Origin: Nitrososphaerota archaeon
Lineage (GTDB): Archaea > Thermoproteota > Nitrososphaeria_A > Caldarchaeales > Calditenuaceae
Direction of reading: 5' to 3'
Assembly (NCBI GenBank): GCA_041641295.1
Contig: JBEPYO010000001.1
Location: 1,184,001 to 1,248,000 of the forward strand
Length of the DNA: 64,000 nt
Positions 10,125 through 18,999 of this stretch are shown here, piece after piece; the first letter of the stretch is position 1; the number at the start of each line of letters is the position of its first letter. The notes beneath the pieces were generated by a model. It was not told the origin of the DNA. It searched no databases and saw only the letters and a program-made list of their open reading frames with translations. The position numbers and the translations under genes were made by a program.

Positions 10125-11483
10125 CTATGCGGGTAGGCCGAGGAGTCTCAGAAGGGCCATGTGTTCTTCGCTTCTCACCGGATAGTAGATGAAGAACCAC
10201 ATGAGCTGGGCACCTACAACAATCCAGACGACATAGGAGGGCATATCCCTCCTAGTCAATATGTCCGCTACCGAGATGGAGAGGATGGGCAGAGTGAAAT
10301 AGAAGTAGAATGGGTAGACCCAGCGGCTTAAAAGATATGCGAGAGGGAAATAGATAAGATAGTTTAACACCACCCAGATCGTGAAAAAGGTGTCAACCGC
10401 CTCTCTCCCAGAATGAGGAAGACTCCTCATGCCTCTAAGATGTTGTATTATTTCCCTGAAACCGAAAGGTATCGAGTATATTGCGGCAATCCAGAAGAGC
10501 CACCAGAGTGGGCTCTGAATGCCGTAATAGAGTATGGGGTGCTGCTCCCTACTATCGATGAGGACTGTCACAACGTAGAAGCCCATCGGACTAAATCCTC
10601 CAATCGGTAAAACCCAGTTTAGTGGAAGGTCAACTACAGTTCTTCCACCATTATCCCTGTGGACGCAGTAGAGTGGAAGATTGGGTTCCGCGCAGTTGAA
10701 CCTGAGCGATGAGTGATAGCTCAAGATGAAGTCCATGTGGGCGAACGGGTGGGGATAGGCTTGGAATTGAATATCGTATACCGCGAGACCAGCCGTTGTA
10801 AGTGAAAAGAGTAGCAGGCTGTAGAGTACTACATGCCTCATTAGGTAGGAGATCCGCGCGGCAGTGTCTTCACTGGACCTGCTTGTGATAAGTGCGTCGT
10901 AAATAATTATTCCCAACGCGGTGAACAATGCAGATGTCTTAGATAACACTGAGGCGGTTAGGGCAATTGTCCCCAAGTATCGTCGCCCAGCTATGAAAAA
11001 GTATGCCCCTAAGAGTGCGAAGAAGAGTGAGGGAGCGTCTAGAATCGCTATTGAGGAAATATTGAAGCTGGTCACATCCAGTGCGAAAAGGAGGACGGAT
11101 AGGAGGGCCGCCTTCCCATCCCCAATCAGCCTGCGGGCCAGCAGGTACAGGACGGGTAGCGCGAGAGCCCCGCTGATCACTGAGGGCAGCCGCCAAGCAA
11201 GTGGTGTATCGCCGAGAGCAAGTATCGAATACATTATAAGATATTTCGCAAGTGGCGGATGTTCATTATTCGCGGCTTCACCATTAATCATCTTCCTCAC
11301 AGCTCTGACATAGTGTGCCTCGTCAAAGACGAACCCACACCCCGATGTCTGCTCAATACACTCCTGCGGAGGCCGCTCGGGTGAGGGCGTATTAATTATT
11401 GATAGTTTAAGGACAATGTAGATTATAGTAAGCAATACCACAGCGGTCTTTGGCTGGCTTAGCTTGGAGAGCCACGAACGCAT
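10125..11483 (-). CDS. GT-C fold glycosyltransferase, PMT/GT39-like
   Basis: Multi-pass membrane protein with VFDEAHY (DE motif), EHPPLAK and WRLPS. Confidence 0.82.
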   Translation of the reverse strand: MRSWLSKLSQPKTAVVLLTIIYIVLKLSIINTPSPERPPQECIEQTSGCGFVFDEAHYVRAVRKMINGEAANNEHPPLAKYLIMYSILALGDTPLAWRLPSVISGALALPVLYLLARRLIGDGKAALLSVLLFALDVTSFNISSIAILDAPSLFFALLGAYFFIAGRRYLGTIALTASVLSKTSALFTALGIIIYDALITSRSSEDTAARISYLMRHVVLYSLLLFSLTTAGLAVYDIQFQAYPHPFAHMDFILSYHSSLRFNCAEPNLPLYCVHRDNGGRTVVDLPLNWVLPIGGFSPMGFYVVTVLIDSREQHPILYYGIQSPLWWLFWIAAIYSIPFGFREIIQHLRGMRSLPHSGREAVDTFFTIWVVLNYLIYFPLAYLLSRWVYPFYFYFTLPILSISVADILTRRDMPSYVVWIVVGAQLMWFFIYYPVRSEEHMALLRLLGLPA

Positions 11484-11492
11484 GATTCTACA

Positions 11493-11756
11493 CTACCGTC
11501 TCAAGATGATCTCTATATAGCTGATATTCCTCGGCTTATTATCCACCATAATCGTCTCGGTGCCTATGTTTATACTCTCAATCTGAATATCCGTTACAAA
11601 CCCCCTCCTCAGAGTATTTACTACGTCTACGCAAGAGCTTATCCTACGCCCCCTAGCCCTCAAGATCACTCTGTCGCTACCCCTGTTGAAGGATGTTAGG
11701 CAAGCGGTAACATAGCTCAGGATCGGCTTCTTACCTATTATCACTTGGGGAATCAA
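11493..11756 (-). CDS. albA: Chromatin protein Alba
   Basis: IGKKP..SYV, ARGRRIS..VDV and ISYIEI. Confidence 0.92.
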   Translation of the reverse strand: MIPQVIIGKKPILSYVTACLTSFNRGSDRVILRARGRRISSCVDVVNTLRRGFVTDIQIESINIGTETIMVDNKPRNISYIEIILRR

Positions 11757-11814
11757 CTGGCTTGTATTAACTTATCTTCCATTTAGATATAACAATTTCC
11801 CTTTTCTGGGCTTT

Positions 11815-13584
11815 TTAGAAGAGTATGGCGATGACGAAGCCTGTGATGGCTGAGCCGAAAAGGCCGGACAGGTAGATCATTGCGTGACGTTTTACGCGGG
11901 CGGCTAGTTTTTCGAATAACTCTTCCGTGAAGAGTCTGACGCCCTCGTGCTTAATCCTCACGTAGGCGGCTTCTACCTCCTCGGCTGACGCTGTGGCCTC
12001 GGATGAGAGCTTTTCAAAGATGTTTATGATCTCTTCACGGGAAGTGTTCTCCCCCACCGGATAGTACCCTCGCCCTCCCAGCACTACACCGTTCACAGAG
12101 TGTGTATCTGTCGTCAATACCTCTGATGTCTGCCACCCCATACTCGTAAGCCATTGGCGCAGCGTATCGGTAACCCATGGCATGGCGTTGTTTCCATCTA
12201 TGACTCCGAGCGCCGCCTTGTGGCCGTCTACTTTGAGGGCTACGAGTGAGTAGCCGCATGGGCCTATACCCCGCCTCGGGTCGTGGTCTCCGAACCCTGC
12301 CTTGCATATCGCGAGCTGTAATCTGCCGCGTGAGGTCTCGCCTGTGTGGTTAAACCTTTTTAGGAGATCCTGTATGTCTGCCAAGTCTCCTGGGCTAAGC
12401 TTCTTAAATCTGTGGGAAAAAGAGTTGTGCGGGTCTATCACGGAAGTGTTGTACTCGTCAGCGAACACGGCTATCTCTTCGGGAATATCCTCCATTGGTT
12501 CTGGGTGGAAGCTAACTACTGCAGCCCTCCTCCCCGCCAACTCTAACATGAAGCCTCCTGCTCTCCCAGTCCTCAACCACGTCCACAGGGCGGCCTCATC
12601 ACTCCACCCATCCTTGACACTGCATATTCCTGCTACGACTTCTTCTGCCACCCGCTCAGCGTCTTGGCTGGCTATTATGTCTGATATGTGGGTTGTGCAT
12701 CCCTTCACGGCTACGGCTGTAACCCCTCTTTTAGCCGCCTTAGATTCTATTAACCAGTTAAGCATCGAGCTGCCCATCCTTCTAAACGGGCCCATGTGAA
12801 ACCCCAAAATGACTAGGGCTGACAGTTTCCCAGTTCTCTTACCCCTAAACACAAATGCCTCAGTGACTCGCTCACCGATCTTTCCGAGCCTATACAGCGC
12901 GTCCTCAAGTATCTTGGGGTTGCCCTCAAGCATGAGCCTAGTCAATCCTCTTGACAGCCTTATGGATGAGACGCCATCTCCATCTGGGAGGCCTATTAAG
13001 AATAGGGTTGAAGCAGCGACTGCTGCTCCCAGAGGTGGACTGGCCATAACGATGTCTGGTAGTGGTGCCTCCAATGCTAGGGTGATGAACAGGGCTGCAA
13101 GGAAAGGCTCCACCATGGCCCAAGCTGCGACAGATAAGCCCCGCTCACCATCTATCACCCATGTAAGCGTGAGCCTGATGAAAGTGGTAGTGGCTAGTGA
13201 GGCGGAGAGAAGAGGGTTGAGGATGCCCAGACCCATGGTAGTGGAGAGGTATCCTAGGAGGAGGGCCGCTGTAATGAAATAGTTTGAGAGGAGGGTCAGT
13301 TGGCAGAGACGCCTGAAAGTCGAGTGGAGTGGAAGACCATGGAAAATATTTACGGATATTGCTGCGAGAAGTAGGGGCAGGGCTGCGAAGCCGGCAATAC
13401 TGTAGAGCATTGACTGGAGGTGTTTTCCGCTGAGGTAGCCTGTGAGAACTCCCAAGATGCCCGCCGTAGCCGCTGTCAATACTACGGGGTGGTGGCTTCC
13501 CGGGACCCGGAAAATGTACTTGTACCTCGATGCAAGATAGTCGGCGGGGTCCTCCATTTCAAGCTGATGAGGCCATGGCTTCAT
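11815..13584 (-). CDS. DUF2070 family membrane protein
   Basis: N-terminal TM bundle, then HMGPFRRMGSS, IDPHN, DGNN and TTDTH motifs. Confidence 0.8.
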   Translation of the reverse strand: MKPWPHQLEMEDPADYLASRYKYIFRVPGSHHPVVLTAATAGILGVLTGYLSGKHLQSMLYSIAGFAALPLLLAAISVNIFHGLPLHSTFRRLCQLTLLSNYFITAALLLGYLSTTMGLGILNPLLSASLATTTFIRLTLTWVIDGERGLSVAAWAMVEPFLAALFITLALEAPLPDIVMASPPLGAAVAASTLFLIGLPDGDGVSSIRLSRGLTRLMLEGNPKILEDALYRLGKIGERVTEAFVFRGKRTGKLSALVILGFHMGPFRRMGSSMLNWLIESKAAKRGVTAVAVKGCTTHISDIIASQDAERVAEEVVAGICSVKDGWSDEAALWTWLRTGRAGGFMLELAGRRAAVVSFHPEPMEDIPEEIAVFADEYNTSVIDPHNSFSHRFKKLSPGDLADIQDLLKRFNHTGETSRGRLQLAICKAGFGDHDPRRGIGPCGYSLVALKVDGHKAALGVIDGNNAMPWVTDTLRQWLTSMGWQTSEVLTTDTHSVNGVVLGGRGYYPVGENTSREEIINIFEKLSSEATASAEEVEAAYVRIKHEGVRLFTEELFEKLAARVKRHAMIYLSGLFGSAITGFVIAILF

Positions 13585-13605
13585 AAAAACCCTGTTATTG
13601 CCCCT

Positions 13606-14616
13606 TCAGGGTAGGATCTCCTCGAGGCTGCTAGCCCCCATACTGGCCAGTATCTTGGCTAGGTCGGCGACTATTTGCCTAACTACTCGGGGTCCGCGGT
13701 ATACCAGCGCCGTGTAGACCTGAACCGTAGACGCTCCGAGTCTAAAGGCCTGCAAGGCATCCTCTGCACTGAAGATGCCTCCGACAGCATTTATCTCGCA
13801 GTTGCCTCCGATAAGGCTGCGAAGTTCCCTCAGAGTCTCCAGCATGTAGGGGTTTAGTGGCCTGCCACTGAGTCCCCCGAACCCTGTAGAGAGCCGGGTC
13901 TCACTGACTGGAAGTGTGTTAACGGCTGTAATGCTCTCTAGTCCATTGTCAACCCAGATCTTTACAGCTCTCAGGACGTGGTTCCTCAGCTCCGCCCGAG
14001 CCAGAGGCGGTATCTTAAGCGCTAGGGGACACCACTTAACGCTAACAAGCAGCTCGACTAGGTGGCTAAACCTCTCCTCAGACCATATTGCAACTGCATC
14101 ACGGAGGCTTGGCGAGCTAAGATTCACCTCGACACCCGCGACCACCCCTCTCAGCCTCTCATAACAGGCCACAATCTCCTCTGGGTCTGCTCCAGCGATA
14201 CTCGCGACCACCGGGACACCGGCAAGCGGCGCACCAATCGACAAATTCTTGGCGAAGACGTCTATGCCAGGGTTTGGGAGACCCATGGCGTTTACGAGGG
14301 CCTCGCCCCTCCTCCTAACAATTCTAGGCCTCCTGTTTCCCGGCCTAGGGTTTAGCGTAACCGAGCCCGCCACCAAGTATCCGAACCCGAGTCTGGACAG
14401 GTGCGCTACACTCTCACCAGTCTTGTCAAAGCCGGCTGCAAGTCCTATGGGCGGGGCGAGCCTACCAAGCCATGTCTTAAGTTGAATTCCCTCAGGAGGC
14501 TCCAACCTCCCTGGTCTTAGAAGCCTGACCAGCCTTAACCCCGCCCTGTGGGCATCCTCGGGTGGCAGGAGTCTCAGAAGCTTGTGAGCTAGGCTTGGCA
14601 GTATTGGCCCAGACAC
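13606..14616 (-). CDS. pyrD: Dihydroorotate dehydrogenase, class 2 (quinone)-like
   Basis: PEDAHR, GLAAGFDK, GSVT..PRPGN, NAMGLPN, NLSSP, GGLSG and VQVYTA. Confidence 0.9.
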   Translation of the reverse strand: MSGPILPSLAHKLLRLLPPEDAHRAGLRLVRLLRPGRLEPPEGIQLKTWLGRLAPPIGLAAGFDKTGESVAHLSRLGFGYLVAGSVTLNPRPGNRRPRIVRRRGEALVNAMGLPNPGIDVFAKNLSIGAPLAGVPVVASIAGADPEEIVACYERLRGVVAGVEVNLSSPSLRDAVAIWSEERFSHLVELLVSVKWCPLALKIPPLARAELRNHVLRAVKIWVDNGLESITAVNTLPVSETRLSTGFGGLSGRPLNPYMLETLRELRSLIGGNCEINAVGGIFSAEDALQAFRLGASTVQVYTALVYRGPRVVRQIVADLAKILASMGASSLEEILP

Positions 14617-14641
14617 GTCAGAGGATATTGTTGTTTAGCCT

Positions 14642-15097
14642 CTATTTATTCGAGGGCATTGAGTAGAGTTCAGCGGGGCTGTCAGCAGAGGCTATTATCC
14701 TCCCACTCCAGGGGCAGTATGAGCCGACGGTGTCGACCCAGTAGTCGAGCTCACTCTCCACATAGCTCGGAAGACCATCACACAGCTCTATCGAAAACTC
14801 AGCAAACCTGACCGTGTCGGGGCGGAGGTGCCAGCTCCACGGCCTGTTAAAGCCTCCATCTCCACGCTCGAGCTTACCAATTGGAAAGAGACGATTCAAC
14901 CCCCTCATATTATCTTCAGCCAGCCTTATCGTCTCCGCATCCGTTACATAGATAACGAATCGCTCACCCAACACGTCGACCAGAAAATACTTGCCACCGC
15001 TCCGCCCTCCCCCCAACAGTAAAGGAGAGAAAATCAGCAACGCTATTACAGAAACAGCAAGGACGGCGATAAGTAGGGCTAGGAAGACTGGACGCAA
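14642..15097 (-). CDS. Membrane-anchored BP74-like domain protein
   Basis: N-terminal TM; FNRPWSWHL...ELCDG.P.YVE......YCPWS pattern. Confidence 0.65.
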   Translation of the reverse strand: MRPVFLALLIAVLAVSVIALLIFSPLLLGGGRSGGKYFLVDVLGERFVIYVTDAETIRLAEDNMRGLNRLFPIGKLERGDGGFNRPWSWHLRPDTVRFAEFSIELCDGLPSYVESELDYWVDTVGSYCPWSGRIIASADSPAELYSMPSNK

Positions 15098-15152
15098 AGT
15101 CTAGACCTAAAAACACTTGGACGATATTTATTGATTTGCCATACAGCCATTA

Positions 15153-15416
15153 TTAGTATACTCTATCCCACTCCTTCACAGTGAACTTCCGTAGCCCAAA
15201 CTTAACATACGGATCCGACTCTACTATTGACTTGGCCTCCTCGATGTTTTTAGCCTCCAGTATGTAGAGGCCTCCGCTACCATCCTTGAACCGTCCTGAG
15301 GCAAAGAGGATGCCGCGGGCCTTGAGGGATGCGAGGTGGTCGAGGTGCGACTGCCTCTGGCTCTGTGTGGGCTCCACTCCAGGAATAGCTTCGAGCATGA
15401 CCACGAAGTATGGCAT
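15153..15416 (-). CDS. YciI family protein
   Basis: RQSHLDHL, SGRF.DGSGGLYI and DPYV. Confidence 0.88.
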   Translation of the reverse strand: MPYFVVMLEAIPGVEPTQSQRQSHLDHLASLKARGILFASGRFKDGSGGLYILEAKNIEEAKSIVESDPYVKFGLRKFTVKEWDRVY

Positions 15417-15477
15417 TGTCTCTGCCTCACTGACTCGTGGAGAGGGCTTAATTTAAATGCTATTTCATAGTTTCAGG

Positions 15478-15996
15478 TTAGAGCTCCATGAAAATAGTTA
15501 TTGAATCACCGGTCTTGGAATAGATCTTGAGTGGCCCTGTCTTTGTACCATCCATCCCCGGTGACCCCTGCGGCATTCCTGGTAGGGCGATGCCCTCCAC
15601 ATTTGGCCGCTCCTCCAGAAGTTTCGAAATGGCCTCTAGGGGGATGTGCCCCTCGACGAAATAGTCCTCCACAACCGAAGTGTGGCAGCTAAACAGCTGG
15701 CTCGGTATACCAAGCCTCTTCCTCAAATCCTGCAACTCCTGCTGATCCACTATCATTGTCTGCACCGCGACCCCCTTACTCTTCAGGTAGTTTTCATAGC
15801 TTTCACAACAGTCACAGAGCGAGGTTCTGTACAGCTTCACCACAGGGTAGGCTCTTCTTGTATCAGCCTGTCTCTCATCGTTAGTCGGACCCTGATTAAG
15901 GATAACAATCACTGCTAAGAATAGTGTTATTATGCTGGCTACGATGGCGTATAGCTGAGTGTTACTCTTACCTTGGGCTTTTCTATTTCTTACCAT
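15478..15996 (-). CDS. DUF411/CopG family metal-binding protein, membrane anchored
   Basis: CDCC, SCHT, VEGHIP and LPGMPQGSPGM motifs; N-terminal TM. Confidence 0.9.
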   Translation of the reverse strand: MVRNRKAQGKSNTQLYAIVASIITLFLAVIVILNQGPTNDERQADTRRAYPVVKLYRTSLCDCCESYENYLKSKGVAVQTMIVDQQELQDLRKRLGIPSQLFSCHTSVVEDYFVEGHIPLEAISKLLEERPNVEGIALPGMPQGSPGMDGTKTGPLKIYSKTGDSITIFMEL

Positions 15997-16001
15997 TTGT
16001 A

Positions 16002-16391
16002 TTATCCCTTTTCAGCCGGTGTCTTCCAAGTGAGTGCAATAATGCCTCCGACGATGCCCAGAAGAGAGCCGATGATGAAGCCGCCAAATCCTAAAAGCCC
16101 TACCAGCGAGAACACGAGTATGACGGCTCCCCAGGCTTGGGCGAGTTTCGGGTCGCTGTAGATAGCTAGGGCCCCAATAATAATCACTGCACCTGAGGCT
16201 ATACCAATAATCGCGGGAATCCACCACATCCAAGGCATCCACCACATCATCATAGGCATCATCATGCCACCCCAGCCGCTCCAGCCTGGATAATATGACC
16301 AGCTCATAGCGACCACCCCTCCGACTAGCAGCAACACTCCAGCGGCTAGAGAGAGTACGAAAGCTGCAACTGGTTTATCCGCTTGGCTCAA
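16002..16391 (-). CDS. Small membrane protein with Met/Trp-rich loop
   Basis: About four TMs; loop GWGGMMMPMMMWWMPWMWW; C-terminal GGFIIGSLLGIVGG. Confidence 0.8.
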   Translation of the reverse strand: MSQADKPVAAFVLSLAAGVLLLVGGVVAMSWSYYPGWSGWGGMMMPMMMWWMPWMWWIPAIIGIASGAVIIIGALAIYSDPKLAQAWGAVILVFSLVGLLGFGGFIIGSLLGIVGGIIALTWKTPAEKG

Positions 16392-17113
16392 TGCTCCTCA
16401 CCACCAAGTTCCAACTCCCCAATAAATCTACCATGCCACGAGTGATACCATATATCTCCTGTATAGCCGTTAACGCTGAGCATTCCGTGCACTTCGCCGT
16501 TTAGCTTGTAGTCCATGGTGTAGTAGCCATAAAACCTTGTAGGCTCCAATACTTCGACCACCCCATCATATCTTCGGGAGAGATAGTCTTGGGCCAGCCG
16601 CATAGCCTCGTCTGGGCTAACGGGCATGTCAGCTGAAGGCGCTGTACTCTGCCCCATCATTGAGTTATGCATCCCATACTTCCTGTTCCACATCATGTTG
16701 GGTCCAGGCTCGGGTGAAACAACGCCTGTATACGGGTCGACAAGCAGTTCAAACGCACCAATTCCAGAGCCCTCCTCAATAACAATCGCGTAGAAGTTAT
16801 TCTCAAACTCCATTATCTCATGTATTCTAAATCCTGGGCCGAATCTTGTGGCGACGTAGTCCTCGACCAGATCGAGAGCCCGCTCAATGCTTATTCTAGA
16901 TCCTCCAGTAGACGATGTTGGACCCCACATCCACGGGCACCCACCCATCATCCAACCACCCATACCGTAGCTAGGGGACATTACATTCTGCGGATAAGCG
17001 GCGATCGCACTCCTTCTCCAAGAATCATAGACGGCTACGGCACTAACAGCCGCCACCGCTAACACGACGACAAGAGCTACCGTGATTAAAACCGGTTTTA
17101 CCATACTCAACAC
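16388..17113 (-). CDS. Membrane-anchored Met/His-rich protein with PepSY-like repeats
   Basis: N-terminal TM, MGGWMMGGCPWM, ELLVDPYTG, PEPGPNMMWN.KYGMH and LSVNGYTGDIWYHSWHG. The start may be ATG 17104. Confidence 0.75.
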   Translation of the reverse strand: MLSMVKPVLITVALVVVLAVAAVSAVAVYDSWRRSAIAAYPQNVMSPSYGMGGWMMGGCPWMWGPTSSTGGSRISIERALDLVEDYVATRFGPGFRIHEIMEFENNFYAIVIEEGSGIGAFELLVDPYTGVVSPEPGPNMMWNRKYGMHNSMMGQSTAPSADMPVSPDEAMRLAQDYLSRRYDGVVEVLEPTRFYGYYTMDYKLNGEVHGMLSVNGYTGDIWYHSWHGRFIGELELGGEEH

Positions 17114-17155
17114 CTACCACATATAAGATGGCGGGGGTGGGCAATAGGTATATCC

Positions 17156-17180
17156 TGAAACGGTCTTGAAACATTGAAAC
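17156..17180. promoter_or_regulatory. Three direct TGAAAC repeats in the divergent promoter (putative regulator sites)
   Basis: TGAAAC at 17156, 17167 and 17175. ACGGTCTT (17160-17167) is also inverted to AAGACCGT (17240-17247). Confidence 0.5.
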
Positions 17181-17248
17181 CCTTAATAGGTGATTGGACG
17201 GGTCGGCATGGAATGCTTAAATAGGCTGTAGTTAGAGTTAAGACCGTA

Positions 17249-17737
17249 TTGGCTCTCGGCCGACACGGCAAAAGTTTAGCCCTCATGATGGCCGCCCTTG
17301 GTGCATCTCTACTTCTCATAACACTCTTCAGCATCTGGCAGCACAACAGCCTCATGAGCGAGGTTATGAGGGGTCTAAACATCATGCCGATGCACGAGTC
17401 GATGCTGTTCTGGATGAGTGTTCCACTCATCGCGGCGTCTCTCATGCTTATCATAGCGGCCATAGCTATCTTTCTAGCCCATCAGAACAGGGAGGATATC
17501 AGCGTGGTAGGGCTAAACGATAAAGAGAGCATGGTTGTCGGGTATCTGATAGAGCGTGGAGGGATGGCTGAGCAGAGGGAGATAGCAAAGGGGCTCGGGC
17601 TAACGCGTCTCCAAACCCACAGAATAGTATCATCGCTTAAAAATAGAGACATCGTGGTCGTGGAACGCTATGGAAGAACTAATGTAGTGAAGCTTAAAGC
17701 CGACAGGGTGAAGCAGCTAGGCCTCCGCGCCCCCTAG
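17249..17737 (+). CDS. Membrane-anchored winged-helix transcriptional regulator
   Basis: Two TMs flank the loop QHNSLMSEVMRGLNIMPMHESM; C-terminal wHTH QREIAKGLGLTRLQTHRIVSSL...ERYGRTNVVKL. Confidence 0.8.
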   Translation: MALGRHGKSLALMMAALGASLLLITLFSIWQHNSLMSEVMRGLNIMPMHESMLFWMSVPLIAASLMLIIAAIAIFLAHQNREDISVVGLNDKESMVVGYLIERGGMAEQREIAKGLGLTRLQTHRIVSSLKNRDIVVVERYGRTNVVKLKADRVKQLGLRAP

Positions 17738-17742
17738 TTAGG

Positions 17743-18909
17743 TTATTTTGGCCTAGTGCGCTCAACGAAGGCGGCAATCTTCTCGGCCGCCTCCAAAAGC
17801 TTCTCAGGGCTAGCCGAGAGGGTAATCCTGAAATGCCCCTCACCACCCTTGCCAAACACCTTCCCCGGAATAGTAATCACCCTCGCCTCTTTTGCGAGAC
17901 GGTTGCAGAAGGTTTCTGAGTCTATGGGGAGTGGTATGCGGGGAAACAGATAGATCCCTCCCTTGGGAAGGTGTGTAGATACTCCGTGGGCGTTTAACGC
18001 CTTATGGAGAGTGTCCCGCCTCCTCCAGTACTCCGATACTTTTTCGTCTATCATTTTCTGCACCTCGCTGGATCTGAGGGCGTAGAGTGCGACGTATTGT
18101 GCGACACTAGGTGGGCAGGCGTTTATGTATGCTTGAAGCTTGATGACGCGAGCCTTTAAGTGCTTAGGCACTATCATGTATCCTAGCCTCCACCCCGTCA
18201 TTGCAAGTGTTTTCGAAAAACTGTTAACTATAACAATCCTATCGTATTCGCCCCAATACTTCGCAGCGCTGGTGTATTCCACACCATATACAAACCTCTC
18301 GTAAACCTCGTCAGATATCAGATAGGCACCACTCTTCCTACACAGGTCCACCACTTCCGAGAAGGCACGCTCGTCAATAACACTCCCAGTAGGGTTTGTT
18401 GGACTGTTGAGTATCACCGCAGCCCTCTTCTCCCCCAGTGTCGACCTGACACCCCCTACATCGAGCTGGAAGTCGCTCTCCGGTAGAGGGCCCACTTCAA
18501 CTACCCTGCCACCCAAAATCTGGGTGAGGGCCTTGAACGAGGGGAAGGAGGGGGTGGGTATAACCACCCAGTCGCCCGGCCGAATTATCGAGGCTAACGA
18601 CATGAAGAGGGCGCTTGAGGCGCCTGGTGTCACTACAACGTTGTCGGGACCTATGTCGACACCCCACCTCCTACTATAGGTCTCCGCTATCGCCTCTCTC
18701 AGCTCGACTATTCCGGCAGTCATGGTGTACTTGTTCAAACCCCGCCTGATTACGCGCTCAGCCTCATCCTTGAGTGGCTCAAACATGTCGAAATCCGGCT
18801 CACCAATCCCTAGATTTATCATGTCTCCACTGTTGCCTACATTGTCAAAATATTTTATGACCCAGGAGTCGTCAGCTTCATCGTGCTGCTTTTCTTTATC
18901 CATCTTCAC
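17743..18909 (-). CDS. PLP-dependent aminotransferase class I/II
   Basis: LGIGEPDF, NSPTNPTG, DEVY and SFSKTLAMTGWRLG. Confidence 0.95.
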   Translation of the reverse strand: MKMDKEKQHDEADDSWVIKYFDNVGNSGDMINLGIGEPDFDMFEPLKDEAERVIRRGLNKYTMTAGIVELREAIAETYSRRWGVDIGPDNVVVTPGASSALFMSLASIIRPGDWVVIPTPSFPSFKALTQILGGRVVEVGPLPESDFQLDVGGVRSTLGEKRAAVILNSPTNPTGSVIDERAFSEVVDLCRKSGAYLISDEVYERFVYGVEYTSAAKYWGEYDRIVIVNSFSKTLAMTGWRLGYMIVPKHLKARVIKLQAYINACPPSVAQYVALYALRSSEVQKMIDEKVSEYWRRRDTLHKALNAHGVSTHLPKGGIYLFPRIPLPIDSETFCNRLAKEARVITIPGKVFGKGGEGHFRITLSASPEKLLEAAEKIAAFVERTRPK

Positions 18910-18999
18910 CAGATATCTGCCCCAAACACTTCTCTATTACCTTTCCCCATCCAAGTAGGTTGGTGAATCATGACTTATTAGCAACATTGACCAATATAG

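Noticed and set aside
16226-16266. CAT/CCA-rich short tandem repeats
   Set aside because: They simply encode the Met/Trp-rich loop and are not an independent DNA repeat.
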